DNA of 63,951 nucleotides, filler included, from Licmophora abbreviata (GCA_900291995.1; 15 parts of 15 records of this genome joined end to end with filler, not necessarily neighbours in it), one strand, 5' to 3'; positions 33,252-43,709 are shown, numbered from the whole stretch's first letter. Notes: generated by a model from the letters alone, not told the origin. Made by a program: numbers and translations.

Positions 33252-34201
33252 CCGTTCAGGCGGAACAGGGCGGCAGGCGTGTCGCAGACCATGCAACGCA
33301 ATGCCGCGCGCTCGACGCCGCAGCTTTCCAGCAACAACAGAAACTCGCGCAGCCCTTCCACGGGGGGCGGCAACAGAAAGACACCGCAATCGCCCGACAG
33401 TACCACCTTGTCGGCGGGTGCGGCGGCGATCAGCGCGGCCACTTCCGGCGCACTGACCGGCGGAACGGTGTTGCGTTCGGCATCCACATGGGTCAGCCCG
33501 GTCTGGGTGGCATGAGTGCAGAAGAAAAAGGNGAATTCCACATGCGCGCCCATTTCTGTCAGATCGGCAACGGCGCTCGCGTCGTAATGGCTGGCGGGGA
33601 CGAGGATGCGGCCCACGCCTCGTTTTACCGCGTCTTCGGTCACGCGCAACGCTTCAGCAGCGGCCAGATGACCAGTGTTCAGCACCACGTCGGCCTCGGC
33701 GATCAGGTCGAGAATCTCGGGCAGGGGGTCGGGCAGCGGGCCGCTTTTGGGGATTTCCAGACATGCCCTCACATAGTCTTCGGAGCGGTTTTCAATTTGA
33801 GCGATATAGCGGGTGTGATGCGTCGGCAGAGAGACAAATCGCGCGCCGTCGCCCGGGGCGCCAAAGCCTAGCTTCAACGCGATGCGCACATTGTTGGCGT
33901 CGATGCCACCGGCGGCAGGCTCCATGATCAGCCCGCCGAATACCTCGACCCCCAGATGCCCTAATTGTCGGTTGGCTAGTGCGGCTAGGCCGGAGGAATT
34001 GGCGAAATTGTCCATCAGTCCGATGGCACGCATTCCTGCCGCCGACGCTTGCCTCACCGCCTGGAACACGTCGAGTGAACGATGATTGATATGCGGGCAG
34101 GCATGCACATGCCCGTCCACAGCGCCCAAAAGCAGATCGGCACCGGGCAGAAGCGCTCGGTCATCAGGTTCAGTGGCGCAGGATTTTTCCAACAAAGTCA
34201 C
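33248..34201 (-). CDS. DUF6282-like metal-dependent amidohydrolase (TIM barrel)
   Basis: Motifs AVDGHVHACP, LPTHH, VLNTGHL and VLSGDCG. Contains one ambiguous base at 33532. Confidence 0.7.
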   Translation of the reverse strand: MTLLEKSCATEPDDRALLPGADLLLGAVDGHVHACPHINHRSLDVFQAVRQASAAGMRAIGLMDNFANSSGLAALANRQLGHLGVEVFGGLIMEPAAGGIDANNVRIALKLGFGAPGDGARFVSLPTHHTRYIAQIENRSEDYVRACLEIPKSGPLPDPLPEILDLIAEADVVLNTGHLAAAEALRVTEDAVKRGVGRILVPASHYDASAVADLTEMGAHVEFXFFFCTHATQTGLTHVDAERNTVPPVSAPEVAALIAAAPADKVVLSGDCGVFLLPPPVEGLREFLLLLESCGVERAALRCMVCDTPAALFRLNG

Positions 34202-34907
34202 GTGTTCTTTCCTTTTCGGGAGCGTCGAAGATTTGTTGTGGGCTGCCTAGTTCGACAACTTTGCCCTCGGCCATGAAAGCGACCCGGGCACTGATCTCGC
34301 GTATGAATCCCATTTCATGGCTGACGATCAGCATGGTCATGCCTTCATCGGCCAGTTCGCGGATCGTATCCAGAACTTCGCTGACCAGTTCCGGATCCAG
34401 CGCCGCCGTCACCTCGTCCAGCAGCAGAATCTCGGGTTTCAGGCACAGGCTACGAGCGATCGCGACACGTTGCTGCTGGCCGCCTGACAACTGATCGGGA
34501 TAGCTGCCCAGCTTGTCGGCCAGCCCCACTTTTTCCAGCAGGTGTTCGGCCTCGGGCTGAACTTCGGCGCGCTTGCGGCCGTGCACCTTTGTCGGCGCTA
34601 TCATCACGTTTTCAAGCACGGGGAGGTTCTGGAACAGGTTGTATTGCTGAAACACGATGGCCGTGCGATTGCGCAGCTTGCGGATTTCAGCAGGCTTTTC
34701 GAAGTTGATAGTCTCGCCACCCACACGGACCAGCCCGTTCTGTGGTTTGAGCAAGCCGGTCAGCACGCGCAGAATCGTGCTCTTGCCCGATCCGGACGGA
34801 CCGATTAGCCCAACGGTTTCGCCAGAACCCACCGACAGATTGATACCATCGAGCACCTTCAGCGCTCCGTAGGCGGCGCTGATGTTATCGAGTTCGAGAT
34901 GTGCCAA
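34170..34907 (-). CDS. Polar amino acid ABC transporter ATP-binding protein
   Basis: GPSGSGKST, LSGGQQQRVAIAR, LLLDEVT and SHEM. Probable TTG start after a GGAG RBS. Confidence 0.95.
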   Translation of the reverse strand: MAHLELDNISAAYGALKVLDGINLSVGSGETVGLIGPSGSGKSTILRVLTGLLKPQNGLVRVGGETINFEKPAEIRKLRNRTAIVFQQYNLFQNLPVLENVMIAPTKVHGRKRAEVQPEAEHLLEKVGLADKLGSYPDQLSGGQQQRVAIARSLCLKPEILLLDEVTAALDPELVSEVLDTIRELADEGMTMLIVSHEMGFIREISARVAFMAEGKVVELGSPQQIFDAPEKERTRDFVGKILRH

Positions 34908-35574
34908 GTTTCTTCTCCAAGTTAGCGCCAAGGCGGGACAGCGGATAGGACAGCATGAAATAGGCGATCAGGATGACGCCAAAGGAAAGGCCCGCAGAAA
35001 AACCGCGATTATTGAAGACCTTGCCCACGTAGGTCAGTTCGACCACGCCTATCTGTGATGCCAGCGCGCTGTCCTTTATGAACAGGATGAAAAATCCGAA
35101 TGCGGGCGGCAGGATCACCGTCCACGCCTGCGGCAGAACCACATAGCGGATGGTTTGAAGTAAGGAGAAATTCATCGCCTCCGCCGCGTGCCACTGGTTA
35201 GGGTGCACCGATTGCAGGCCCGCCCGGACGATTTCCGCCAGAAAGGCGGTGCCGATCAGCACCACAGTCACACAGCCTACTGTCAGGGTGGATACATTCA
35301 GCCCGCTAAACTGGAAGACGAAAAAGCACAGCATCAATGTGACAAGGAAAGGCACCCGGCGGAAGAACTCGGTAAAGATCAGCGCAAGCACCCGCAAGGG
35401 CCAGGTCAGACGGGTGGTCGTCAACCGCGCTACGGCAAGAGCCGTGCCAAACAGCCCGCCCAGGATGCAGCCAAAGGCCGACAGGGCGATGGTAGTCACC
35501 GCCCCTTGGAGCAGGAAGACGATGTTGTGATAAGTTAGCAGGCTACCCAGTTCGGAAATGAAGTTGCCCATCAC
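34885..35574 (-). CDS. Amino acid ABC transporter permease
   Basis: Hydrophobic; AEIVRAG..Q..AA, VLPQA and IKDSAL. Confidence 0.93.
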   Translation of the reverse strand: MMGNFISELGSLLTYHNIVFLLQGAVTTIALSAFGCILGGLFGTALAVARLTTTRLTWPLRVLALIFTEFFRRVPFLVTLMLCFFVFQFSGLNVSTLTVGCVTVVLIGTAFLAEIVRAGLQSVHPNQWHAAEAMNFSLLQTIRYVVLPQAWTVILPPAFGFFILFIKDSALASQIGVVELTYVGKVFNNRGFSAGLSFGVILIAYFMLSYPLSRLGANLEKKLGTSRTR

Positions 35575-36245
35575 ACCACCCTCATTTTCGCGCGGAAGGC
35601 GAAGCGTCCGAACAGCGCTAGCGCGACCGAAGCGGCCAACGTCACGAAGACATAGATCACCGCCACCACCGTGAAGACCTCAAGCGATCGGAAGGTTTCG
35701 CTGTTCACGTTGAATGCGCGGCCGGTCAGTTCCTCGACCCCGAAGATGGCGGCCATGGAGGTGCCAAGGGTCATCAGAATGTAATGGTTCGACAGGGGCG
35801 GGAACAGCACCTTGGCCACATGCGGCAGGATCACGTAGCGGATCTGCTGCCACCGGGTGAAGCCTAGCACTTCGGCAGCTTCCATCTCGCTCTGGCGGCG
35901 GCTCTCGAAACCGGCGCGCTGAATCTCGGTCAGATAGGCGCCTGCGTTCAGCGTCATGCCCAGCAGCACCGCCATGTAGGAGCTCAGATAGATGCCCATA
36001 TCCGGCAGTGCGAAATACAGGAAATAGATCTGCACCAATTGCGGGGTGTTGACGAAGAACACCACATATGCATTCACGCTACGGCGCAGGATTCCGCCAC
36101 CGAAGGTCTTGATGGCGGCGCAAAAGGTGCCGATCAGCATACCGCCGCAAAAGGCCAGAAAGGCGATTTGCAGGCTTATCCAGGCACCCTTAAGGAAATA
36201 CGGGAGATATGGCCAGACTTGGCCATATTGAAACGTGTAATCCAT
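35571..36245 (-). CDS. Amino acid ABC transporter permease
   Basis: NTPQLVQIY, AYLTEIQRAG and an EAA loop. Confidence 0.93.
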   Translation of the reverse strand: MDYTFQYGQVWPYLPYFLKGAWISLQIAFLAFCGGMLIGTFCAAIKTFGGGILRRSVNAYVVFFVNTPQLVQIYFLYFALPDMGIYLSSYMAVLLGMTLNAGAYLTEIQRAGFESRRQSEMEAAEVLGFTRWQQIRYVILPHVAKVLFPPLSNHYILMTLGTSMAAIFGVEELTGRAFNVNSETFRSLEVFTVVAVIYVFVTLAASVALALFGRFAFRAKMRVV

Positions 36246-36261
36246 GTTTCTGTCCAGTTGC

Positions 36262-36293
36262 GTGACCCCCGTCCCGCAGGCGGGGCAGGGGCC
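36262..36293 (-). terminator. GC-rich stem-loop between the SBP gene and the permease
   Basis: Imperfect inverted repeat ccccgtcccgc...gcggggcagggg. Confidence 0.5.
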
Positions 36294-36309
36294 TTGTGTT
36301 ACAGTTAGT

Positions 36310-37128
36310 TCAGAACCAGGGTGAAACGCCGACTTCGCGGATCATCTCGCGCTTGAACCACTTTATCCAAAGGTCATCGACTACACCATCGCGATGCAGT
36401 TCGAAAATGGCCACGTTCAGCCAGTCCTTGAGATTGGTGCTGTTCTTGGCGACGCCGATCGAGCAGTAGTAGATATCGACCGGTGTTTCGACGATTTTCC
36501 AAGATACATCGTGCTTGTTCATGTGGTCGCCCACAAAGTCGATCACGTCAAGCAAAGCATCACCGCGACCCTGCGCCAGCGCGCGAACCACATCGGGGTA
36601 GTTATCCAGCAGTAGAACCTCAGCTTCGGGCAAGTTCTCTTCGATGAATTTAACCGGGGTGCTGCCGCGAACCTGCACGAGGGTCACGTCAGGTGTGTTC
36701 AGCTCTTTCCAGTCAGTAAAGCCTTTGTCTTCGGTGGTAAGAACGCCGAAAACTTCGGTGTGAACCGGTAGTGTGAAATCGATTACCTTGGCGCGTTCGG
36801 GATTGCGCGTCATCGCGCCCATCACGATGTCGATCTTGCCGCTGGCAACAAACGGTATGCGGTCGGGGGAGCCAACCTGCACAACCTCCAGTTCGACGCC
36901 CATCATATCAGCCAGTTTCTGCGCGAAATCCACGTCGAAGCCGGCGATCTGGTTTGTCTCGTCGTAGATGCCCAGCGGTGGCAGCGTTGGGTTTACCCCG
37001 ACCTTCAGCGTGCCAGAGGAGAGGATCTCGTCCAGCGTCCGTGCCGCGGCGACATCTGGCACCAGCATGGCCGCGGACAATACGGCGCCGGCCCCGGCCA
37101 TCATCGCGCGTTTCAGAAATTTCAACAT
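36310..37128 (-). CDS. Amino acid ABC transporter substrate-binding protein (family 3)
   Basis: Signal peptide; TLDEI..SGTLKVG, GFDVD, RIP.V.SGKID and RAKVIDF. Confidence 0.93.
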   Translation of the reverse strand: MLKFLKRAMMAGAGAVLSAAMLVPDVAAARTLDEILSSGTLKVGVNPTLPPLGIYDETNQIAGFDVDFAQKLADMMGVELEVVQVGSPDRIPFVASGKIDIVMGAMTRNPERAKVIDFTLPVHTEVFGVLTTEDKGFTDWKELNTPDVTLVQVRGSTPVKFIEENLPEAEVLLLDNYPDVVRALAQGRGDALLDVIDFVGDHMNKHDVSWKIVETPVDIYYCSIGVAKNSTNLKDWLNVAIFELHRDGVVDDLWIKWFKREMIREVGVSPWF

Positions 37129-37189
37129 TGATCTAACTCCCTATCGTCTTGAAGCAGCGCAAACCCTATTGCTTGCCCTGTCCTCAATC

Positions 37190-37197
37190 TGTATACA
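37190..37197. promoter_or_regulatory. Putative GntR/FadR operator core in the divergent promoter; a related site lies at 42678-42686 upstream of hydA
   Basis: Perfect palindrome TGTATACA here, and TTGTATACG upstream of hydA. Confidence 0.45.
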
Positions 37198-37252
37198 AAT
37201 GTGACACGAGTAAAGAAATTTCTTCCAAGAGCGGTAGAGCGGATGCCCGATC

Positions 37253-37582
37253 ATGTCGAAATCTCATTCTTTTCATATACTTGTTGATGGCGTGCCGCTT
37301 AAGTGTATGCCAAGGCAGACGGTTGCCGGGGCGTTGCTAGCGAGCCGAATCTATGCTTTCCGCAGCAGTCCGAATGCCGGAGCGCCGCGCGGGGCGTTCT
37401 GCATGATGGGTGCCTGCCAGGAATGCGCGGTGCATATTGACGGAGCGGTGCGTCGCGCCTGTCAGACCGAAGTGGCCATGGAAATGGTTGTGGAATTGCG
37501 AGGTGCGGGGACAGCCCCGAAAGACGTTGCAGAGTTTGGGCTGGACGAGCTGCCATGGACCCGAGCCGACGATGCTGGCATG
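37253..37582 (+). CDS. (2Fe-2S)-binding subunit (opine oxidase/HcnA/sarcosine oxidase alpha N-terminal type); runs into the gap
   Basis: TVAGALLA, RGAFCMMGACQEC and RACQT. Confidence 0.85.
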
Positions 37583-37682
37583 NNNNNNNNNNNNNNNNNN
37601 NNNNNNNNNNNNNNNNNNNNNNNNNNTTAATTAATTAANNNNNNNNNNNNNNNNNNNNNNNNNNNNNNNNNNNNNNNNNNNN

Positions 37683-38809
37683 TGATCGGCGGCGGTATTC
37701 ATGGGGCCAGCGTGGCGTTATTTGCGGCGCGGGCCGGTATGCGCGTGCTGCTGCTTGAACAGGGGGCTTTGGCGCGACAGGCTTCGGGCACCAATGCGGG
37801 CACCCTGACCATGCAAATGACCCGTTCCGCCCTGATACCCTATGCCCTGAAGGCGCACGAGATGTGGGTGACAGCACAGGACTGGCTGGGCCACGACGTG
37901 GGTGTGGTGGCATGTGATGGGCTGTCGCTGGCTTTTACTGAGGCTGAAGAACAGCTTTTGTACGAGCGGGCAGCAGCCCGCAGCGCGGCGGGCGCGCCCA
38001 TACGCCTCGTTGGGGCGAAAGAGGCGGCACAGATCGAACCGGGCGTAAATCCAGGAATCCGAATGGCCAGCCATTGTCCGATCGACGGTTATGCCAATGC
38101 GTATCTGACCGGCCTCGCTTATCGTCGCGCGCTGGTCGAGGCGGGCGTCACCTTGCGCGAATACACTCCCGTCAAAGGGCTTGATCCGTCCGGCGACGGC
38201 TATGACATTCGTACGGCCAGAGGCGGTATCGCCGCGCGGCAGATCGTGCTGGCGGGCGGTGTCTGGCTGGAGCCGATGCTGGCCTGGCTTGGTGTGCGCC
38301 TGCCAGTCAAGACGTTGATTAACCAACTGGCAGTGACCGAACGAGCCGCCCCAGTGATGCGCACTGTTCTGGGCATTGCCAGCGGCTTGCTTTCGCTGAA
38401 GCAGTATCAGCACGGCACGGTGGTGATCGGGGGGGGGTGGCAAGGCGAAGGCGATCGCGACAGCGGAATCCACCGCACCACCGAGACCAGCGCCATCGGC
38501 AACACGCGGCTGGCGGTTCACGCTTTGCCGGCATTGCGCGCCAGCCGCATCGTGCGCCTCTGGACCGGCTTTGAAGCCGAGACGGCCGATGCACTTCCCG
38601 CTGTCGGGCCGGTGCCTGGCCACCCCGGTGCCTGGGTCAGCGGGTCTGTTCATTCCGGCTATACAAGCGCCCCCTACATCGCACGCTGCCTCACCCAAGC
38701 GATTCTGGGTGAAGAGCCCGAGATGGCGCTGTTTCCCATCGACCGGCTGCTGCCCGCGCCCACGACGAAGAAACCGCAGCCATTCCTGCAACAAGAACGA
38801 GATGCATAA
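37683..38809 (+). CDS. FAD-dependent oxidoreductase (DAO/OoxB/SoxB-like), 5'-partial
   Basis: IGGGIHG at the contig start, ASGTNAG, VLAGGVW, WTGFE, DALPAVG and HSGYT. Confidence 0.88.
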
Positions 38810-39763
38810 GTGACCCATACAAGCCTTCCCCCGCTCGACATTCCAGGCCTTACAGGGATTCACGCCGCCACGCTGTGCCCGCTGACCGAAGAGGGCAGGA
38901 TAAGTCCGGAGGAACTGGAGGCGCATGTAACCCAAATTGCGAGTGCCGAGAGCATCAACGGTCTTCTGATTAATGGCCACGCGGGGGAGGGCGGATTGAT
39001 GAGCCCCGAAGAGCGTAGCCGTGTGACCCGTCTCACCCGCCTGTCAGTGCCAAAGACCTGTTTTCTGACTGTTGGCGTCACCTCGGAAAGCACGTCAGCA
39101 GCCATTTGCGAAGCCGAGGCCGCAGCCGAGGCCGGAGCCGACGCGGTCTTGGTCTTCCCCCCCAACCACTGGGCGCTGGGGCTGGATGAGACAATCGTGC
39201 TGGAGCATCACCGTGCCATAGCCCAGGCCTCGGGCCTACCGCTTGTGCTTTACAAGGCGCCGCTGGGTTGGGGGCGTCTGTCTTACAGCATCGACTTGCT
39301 GTCCCGGCTGTGTGAACTGGAGGCGGTAGCCGGCATAAAGGAAGGTTCGTGGGAAGTTTCGGCCTACGAGGAACTGTGGCGACGGATTAAGTCCGAACGC
39401 CCGGGCGTATCGGTCATGGCGTCGGGCGACGAACATATGCTGGCCTGCTATCAGATTGGCACCGATGGCAGCCAGGTGTCGCTGGCCGCTGTAGTGCCGG
39501 ATCTGGTGACGGGTCTGTTTGCAGCCGCCAAGGCGGGGGACTGGGTGAGGGCGCGTGATCTGCACGAACGGATCTATCCCCTTGCCTGTGAAATCTATCG
39601 CCGCGTACCCGCCTATCTCGCCACCGCCCGGCTGAAGGCTTGTTTGAAGCTCACAGGGCAGATCGAAAGTGACCGGGTAAAACGCCCAATGCGGCAATTG
39701 ACGGAAGCCGAAACTTCAAGATTGCGTGATGTACTGCATCAAGAGAGCGAGAGGACCGCATGA
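38810..39763 (+). CDS. Dihydrodipicolinate synthase/N-acetylneuraminate lyase family protein
   Basis: NGHAGE variant of GxxGE, GADAVLVFPP, VLY, and the Schiff-base Lys in GIKE. Confidence 0.88.
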   Translation: MTHTSLPPLDIPGLTGIHAATLCPLTEEGRISPEELEAHVTQIASAESINGLLINGHAGEGGLMSPEERSRVTRLTRLSVPKTCFLTVGVTSESTSAAICEAEAAAEAGADAVLVFPPNHWALGLDETIVLEHHRAIAQASGLPLVLYKAPLGWGRLSYSIDLLSRLCELEAVAGIKEGSWEVSAYEELWRRIKSERPGVSVMASGDEHMLACYQIGTDGSQVSLAAVVPDLVTGLFAAAKAGDWVRARDLHERIYPLACEIYRRVPAYLATARLKACLKLTGQIESDRVKRPMRQLTEAETSRLRDVLHQESERTA

Positions 39764-40506
39764 GACAGTCATTTGGCGAAACGCGCTCGGCTTTTCATCG
39801 TCGCCACGCGCTGATCAGCTCAGATAGCCATGAACGTGTGACGTTGCCCCACTGGCCGAATTGCGGACTGGTACATCTGATCACGCCCGCGCTGGGGGCT
39901 GAGTTCACGCTGTTTCTCGTCACGGCCGAGACGGACGCAGAAATTGATCCGCAAAAGGCTGGCGTGGAAAGGTTCGTGCTTCGGCGCGAAGGCCGCGTGT
40001 CAGTAAAAATCGAAGGCAGTGAAGCGGAGACCTTGGGCGAAGAGGGGTATGTCTATCTGCCTGTCGATTGCGCGCACCGGCTTTCGCTCGATGAGGGGGC
40101 TGTGGTGCTGGTACTGGAACGCAACTACTGCGAGCTGTCCGATACGCCTGCGCCGGGCCCCATGGTGAACGCTATTTCCGCACAAACGGCGCAGCCGATG
40201 AAGGGCGATGACAGGTTGATGCTGCAGAAGCTGTTGCCCGAAGTTGCCGCATTCGACATGGAAATAAACGTGATGGATTTCGCACCCGGTGCCAGCTTGC
40301 CCTATGTCGAGACGCATTTTATGGAACATGGTTTGGTGCTCTTGAATGGTGGCGGCATCTACCGGCTAGAGAATGAATGGTATCCGGTCGATGCAGGCGA
40401 CGCGATCTGGATGGGACCGTATTGCCCGCAATGGTTCGGCGCTATTGGACGTTGCAAGGCCCGCTATCTGATCTACAAGAACTGGAACCGGGACCCGTTG
40501 GGGTGA
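39760..40506 (+). CDS. allE: (S)-ureidoglycine aminohydrolase (bicupin, AllE/YlbA family)
   Basis: FDMEINVMDFAPGASLPYVETHFMEHG, GGGIYRL, GD.IWMGPYCPQWF and YLIYKNWNR. Confidence 0.88.
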   Translation: MRQSFGETRSAFHRRHALISSDSHERVTLPHWPNCGLVHLITPALGAEFTLFLVTAETDAEIDPQKAGVERFVLRREGRVSVKIEGSEAETLGEEGYVYLPVDCAHRLSLDEGAVVLVLERNYCELSDTPAPGPMVNAISAQTAQPMKGDDRLMLQKLLPEVAAFDMEINVMDFAPGASLPYVETHFMEHGLVLLNGGGIYRLENEWYPVDAGDAIWMGPYCPQWFGAIGRCKARYLIYKNWNRDPLG

Positions 40507-40524
40507 ACTTTGCCAAGGACGTGC

Positions 40525-41196
40525 TCAGGTAACCTGTTCCAAGGAATATGCGATGAGGCTTCCGATATGAGTATCCACCGCGCGCCGGGCCCAGTCAGGA
40601 TCCTGTGCTGACAGTGCATCGAGAATTTCGAGATGTTCGCGGTAGTCGGCCTCAACCCGCTGGCGAATGTCGGTGATCTCAAATAGGCGCGTGGTGACCC
40701 GCAGCTTTTCGATAATGCCGAACATCACGGGATTACCAGAATGAAAGCCGAATAGCCGATGAACCCGGTCGTCTGAATCCCAATGTGCCTCGGTATGTTC
40801 TCCGTCGTGTTCGTGCAGTTTTTCGATCTGGGCGCGCACCTCTTCCAGTTCTGCGCGCGGTGTGCGCGGGGCGGCCAGAGCGGCAGCTTCGGGTTCGATG
40901 ATACGACGCATTTTAAGGCTCTGCATGTATTCTTGGAAATCCACGCGGCGGACCATGTAGGATCTGCCTGAGTTCTTTTGCAGCATCCCTTCGCCTTCGA
41001 GCCGCAACAGCGCCTCGCGCAGCGGTGTTCGGGACACGCCAAGCGTCTCCGCAAGGCGTTCCTCGGTGATTACCTGCCCGCCAGCAAGCTCCCTATTGCG
41101 GATCAGCTCGTTCAGGCGCAGCCGCACTTTTTCGGATAAAACGCTGCTGCGCTTGTGGAGGCCGAGACGTGCGTCTTCATCGATTGAATTTGTCAT
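40525..41196 (-). CDS. GntR (FadR/FCD) transcriptional regulator
   Basis: ITEERLAETLGVSRTPLREAL; FCD-type D..VH and EH..I. Confidence 0.92.
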   Translation of the reverse strand: MTNSIDEDARLGLHKRSSVLSEKVRLRLNELIRNRELAGGQVITEERLAETLGVSRTPLREALLRLEGEGMLQKNSGRSYMVRRVDFQEYMQSLKMRRIIEPEAAALAAPRTPRAELEEVRAQIEKLHEHDGEHTEAHWDSDDRVHRLFGFHSGNPVMFGIIEKLRVTTRLFEITDIRQRVEADYREHLEILDALSAQDPDWARRAVDTHIGSLIAYSLEQVT

Positions 41197-41237
41197 GCAC
41201 TTGTCCAAAATCCAAAAAACATTGCAAATCCAAAATT

Positions 41238-42623
41238 TTAGCGTGCAAGATACTGTCCGTCACCTAGCTTGCCTGTTAATTGTCCATCCTGCACCATCAC
41301 CTTGCCCCGCAGCAACACGGTTGTAGGCCAGCCGGTCAGGCTCAACCCTTCATAAGGCGAATAATCGGCGTCGTCATGAAGATCAGCGTGGCTCACCGTC
41401 CGCGTCAGGTTGGGATCCCAAATGGCGATATCGGCATCGGATCCTATTGCGATCGTTCCTTTGCGAGGATAAAGGCCATATGTTTTTGCATGATTGGTGG
41501 AGGTCACGGCAACAAACTGCTGCAAGCCGATGCGGCCCTTGCTGACACCTTCCGAAAAAAGGATCGGCATGCGGGTTTCCACACCGGGGATTCCATTGGG
41601 GATGTATCGGAAATTCTTTGCCCCTTTCGGATTCAGTTTGCCGTCCGTGCCTTCGTATCGGAACGGACAATGATCCGACGAATACAAATCGAACGTGCCA
41701 TCGGCTAAACCTCGCCAGCAAGCCTCCTGTTCAACCTCGTCGCGGGGTGGGGGCGAGCAGACGAACTTGGCCCCTTCCCAGTCCATGCCTTCCAGATCCT
41801 TGGCGGTCAGCATTAGATATTGCGGACAGGTTTCGGCAGTCACCTTCATGCCCCGCTGACGCGCGCGACGGATCTCGTCGGCCGCCGCCTCGTTGGAAAC
41901 GTGGACGATCACGATAGGCAGGCTCACGATCTCGGCCAGCGACAGGGCGCGATGTGTTGCCTCACGTTCTACGGCGACTGGGCGGGTGGTGGCATGCGCG
42001 TGTGGCTGAACGTCACCATTGGCCTCATGTCGGTCTATGAGATAACGGATCGCGTCTTCATTTTCGCAATGGATCATCATGGTTGCCCCGTAAGTACGGG
42101 CAACATCGAAGGTGGCCAAAAGTTCGGCGTCATTCAGGCGCAAGTGTTCATAAGTCATGAACACCTTGATTGATTTGTAGCCATGGGCAATTGCTGCCGG
42201 GAGCTGCTGCCCAAGCACCTCCGGGCTGGGATTGGCGACGATCAGGTGAAAGGCCACATCGGTGTAGAGCTGTCCATCGGCTAGCCCGTGATACCAGGTC
42301 AGCGCAGAGCGAAGATCGCCATCGCGTTCTTGCAGACAGAAGGGCATGACCGTGGTGTTGCCGCCGAAAAGCGCCGATCGCGTGCCGCTTTCAAAGTCGT
42401 CTGCCATGACTATGCCGTCGCCCGACGGCTGAGCGATATGTACATGGCTGTCAATGCCGCCGGGCATCACTAGCTTTCCTGTGGCGTCAATTACTTTGGC
42501 CTTGTCATCCGACAGACCCTTCGCGAGAGCAACAACCTGGCCATCGCAGATGCCTACATCTGCCTTTTGGCTGTCTGCGGCTGTGACGACCGTGCCACCT
42601 TTAATTATCATGTCCAGTTGCAT
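41238..42623 (-). CDS. hydA: Dihydropyrimidinase / D-hydantoinase
   Basis: PGGIDSHVH, SIKVFMTY, IHCEN, VHVS, ETCPQY, CSPPPR, SSDHCPF and PNGIPGVE. GGAGG RBS before 42623. Confidence 0.93.
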   Translation of the reverse strand: MQLDMIIKGGTVVTAADSQKADVGICDGQVVALAKGLSDDKAKVIDATGKLVMPGGIDSHVHIAQPSGDGIVMADDFESGTRSALFGGNTTVMPFCLQERDGDLRSALTWYHGLADGQLYTDVAFHLIVANPSPEVLGQQLPAAIAHGYKSIKVFMTYEHLRLNDAELLATFDVARTYGATMMIHCENEDAIRYLIDRHEANGDVQPHAHATTRPVAVEREATHRALSLAEIVSLPIVIVHVSNEAAADEIRRARQRGMKVTAETCPQYLMLTAKDLEGMDWEGAKFVCSPPPRDEVEQEACWRGLADGTFDLYSSDHCPFRYEGTDGKLNPKGAKNFRYIPNGIPGVETRMPILFSEGVSKGRIGLQQFVAVTSTNHAKTYGLYPRKGTIAIGSDADIAIWDPNLTRTVSHADLHDDADYSPYEGLSLTGWPTTVLLRGKVMVQDGQLTGKLGDGQYLAR

Positions 42624-42749
42624 ACGTGCCTCCTCCAGCCCAAATCCTTCGTTGGTTATATGCAAGTTAGAGACATATTGTATACGGAAATATTTCGCAA
42701 CTTTTGCCATACGTGGGCTTAGCTCATGTAACCGCCCCTGCCAGCATCA

Positions 42750-43508
42750 ATGTGCCAAGGTGGGTTACCTTGTCACGCGGACCGGGTGCTGACGTGTCTG
42801 GAACCGTTGTTTTGACCACCTTGTCGCGCATAGCACCTCGGATGTCGATCTGCTTCATCAGGCGCTCCACCGTGCAGCGCGCTAGTTCAAAGCCCTCGCG
42901 CTTGAGCTGATGCCACGCCTTGCGGCCACCGTTGACCTGATAGTTTACATCCCAGCTCCTTTTGATCTCCGGTCGCCGATCGGCATCCCGTTGGTATCGG
43001 GCGGACGTCTTGGATGGATCGGTGCGACATGCCAGCGGTGGTAAAATGTCGATGGCGCAATCGGCAGGACCCTGCAGATCGGCTCGACGCCATAAACAAC
43101 GCGCTGATCCCCAATGAAGGAGATTATCGCTTCATAGGGCGCTCGAGTTCTGCCTGCGCAAAGTAAGCTGACGCCTTGCGCTGGATCTCATTCGCCTAGC
43201 GCAACTCGCGGACTTAACGTGCCAGGGCCTTGATCTGATCCCTTTCCTCGGTCGTGACACCGTCGCGCATACCGCTATCCCTCTCAGCCTGCTTGAACCA
43301 TTCGCGCAGGGTCCGGGGAATACAGCCAATCTTGGGTGCAATGGTCGCAATCGCGCCCGCCTGCGTTTCGTATGAGCCTTGATGCTTGAACACCATCCGG
43401 ACCGCACCCGCGCGGACCTCTGGCGAGTAGTGATTTGCTATTTTGCTTTTCGTCATAACCATCATCCTTACTTGAGTGGATAGTCTCCGACCAACCCGGG
43501 GCGATTTA
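42750..43508 (-). mobile_element. Degenerate IS3-family element (orfA with stops, truncated orfB)
   Basis: Left end TAAATCGCCCCGGGTTGGTCGGAGAC. orfA reads YSPEVRA.AVRMV...KIGC...LR*ANEI.RKASAYFAQAEL. orfB pieces are GVEPICRVLPIAPSTFY and ARCTVERLM. Confidence 0.85.
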
Positions 43509-43637
43509 TATTTGTACTACTTGGCTGTTTTTGTTGCTCTGCAGATTTCTGCTTTTTGGTGGGCTGTGAGGAACGTCAGTGAGGCTGCCTGATATTTTGG
43601 TGCAATGAGCAGGCCAAGTAGGAATTCTGTTGACTAT

Positions 43638-43663
43638 ATTAATTAATCAAATGATTAATTAAT
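43638..43663. promoter_or_regulatory. Perfect 12-bp inverted repeat, putative TetR operator overlapping the promoter of the GS-like gene
   Basis: ATTAATTAATCA-AA-TGATTAATTAAT, immediately after TTGACT (-35-like). Confidence 0.65.
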
Positions 43664-43709
43664 GACATGAGTCAGAATTCAAATTTGGAAACAACAGGGA
43701 ACAAAGAAA

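Noticed and set aside
33252..33389. N-terminal extension of the PTE ORF (similar over-extensions at hydA, gldA, the sugar SBP, tetR and glsA)
   Set aside because: These extensions overlap upstream genes or lack an RBS. Downstream starts with an RBS or ATGA coupling fit better.
37718..38980. 420-aa minus-strand ORF
   Set aside because: Antisense shadow of the FAD oxidoreductase and DHDPS-like genes.
41200..41237. Direct repeat AAATCCAAAA upstream of gntR as an operator
   Set aside because: Short, AT-rich and not matching the TGTATAC motif, so support is insufficient.
43638..43663. TTAATTAA-containing palindrome as a linker remnant
   Set aside because: It has no flanking Ns, a different sequence and a promoter position, so it is kept as an operator.
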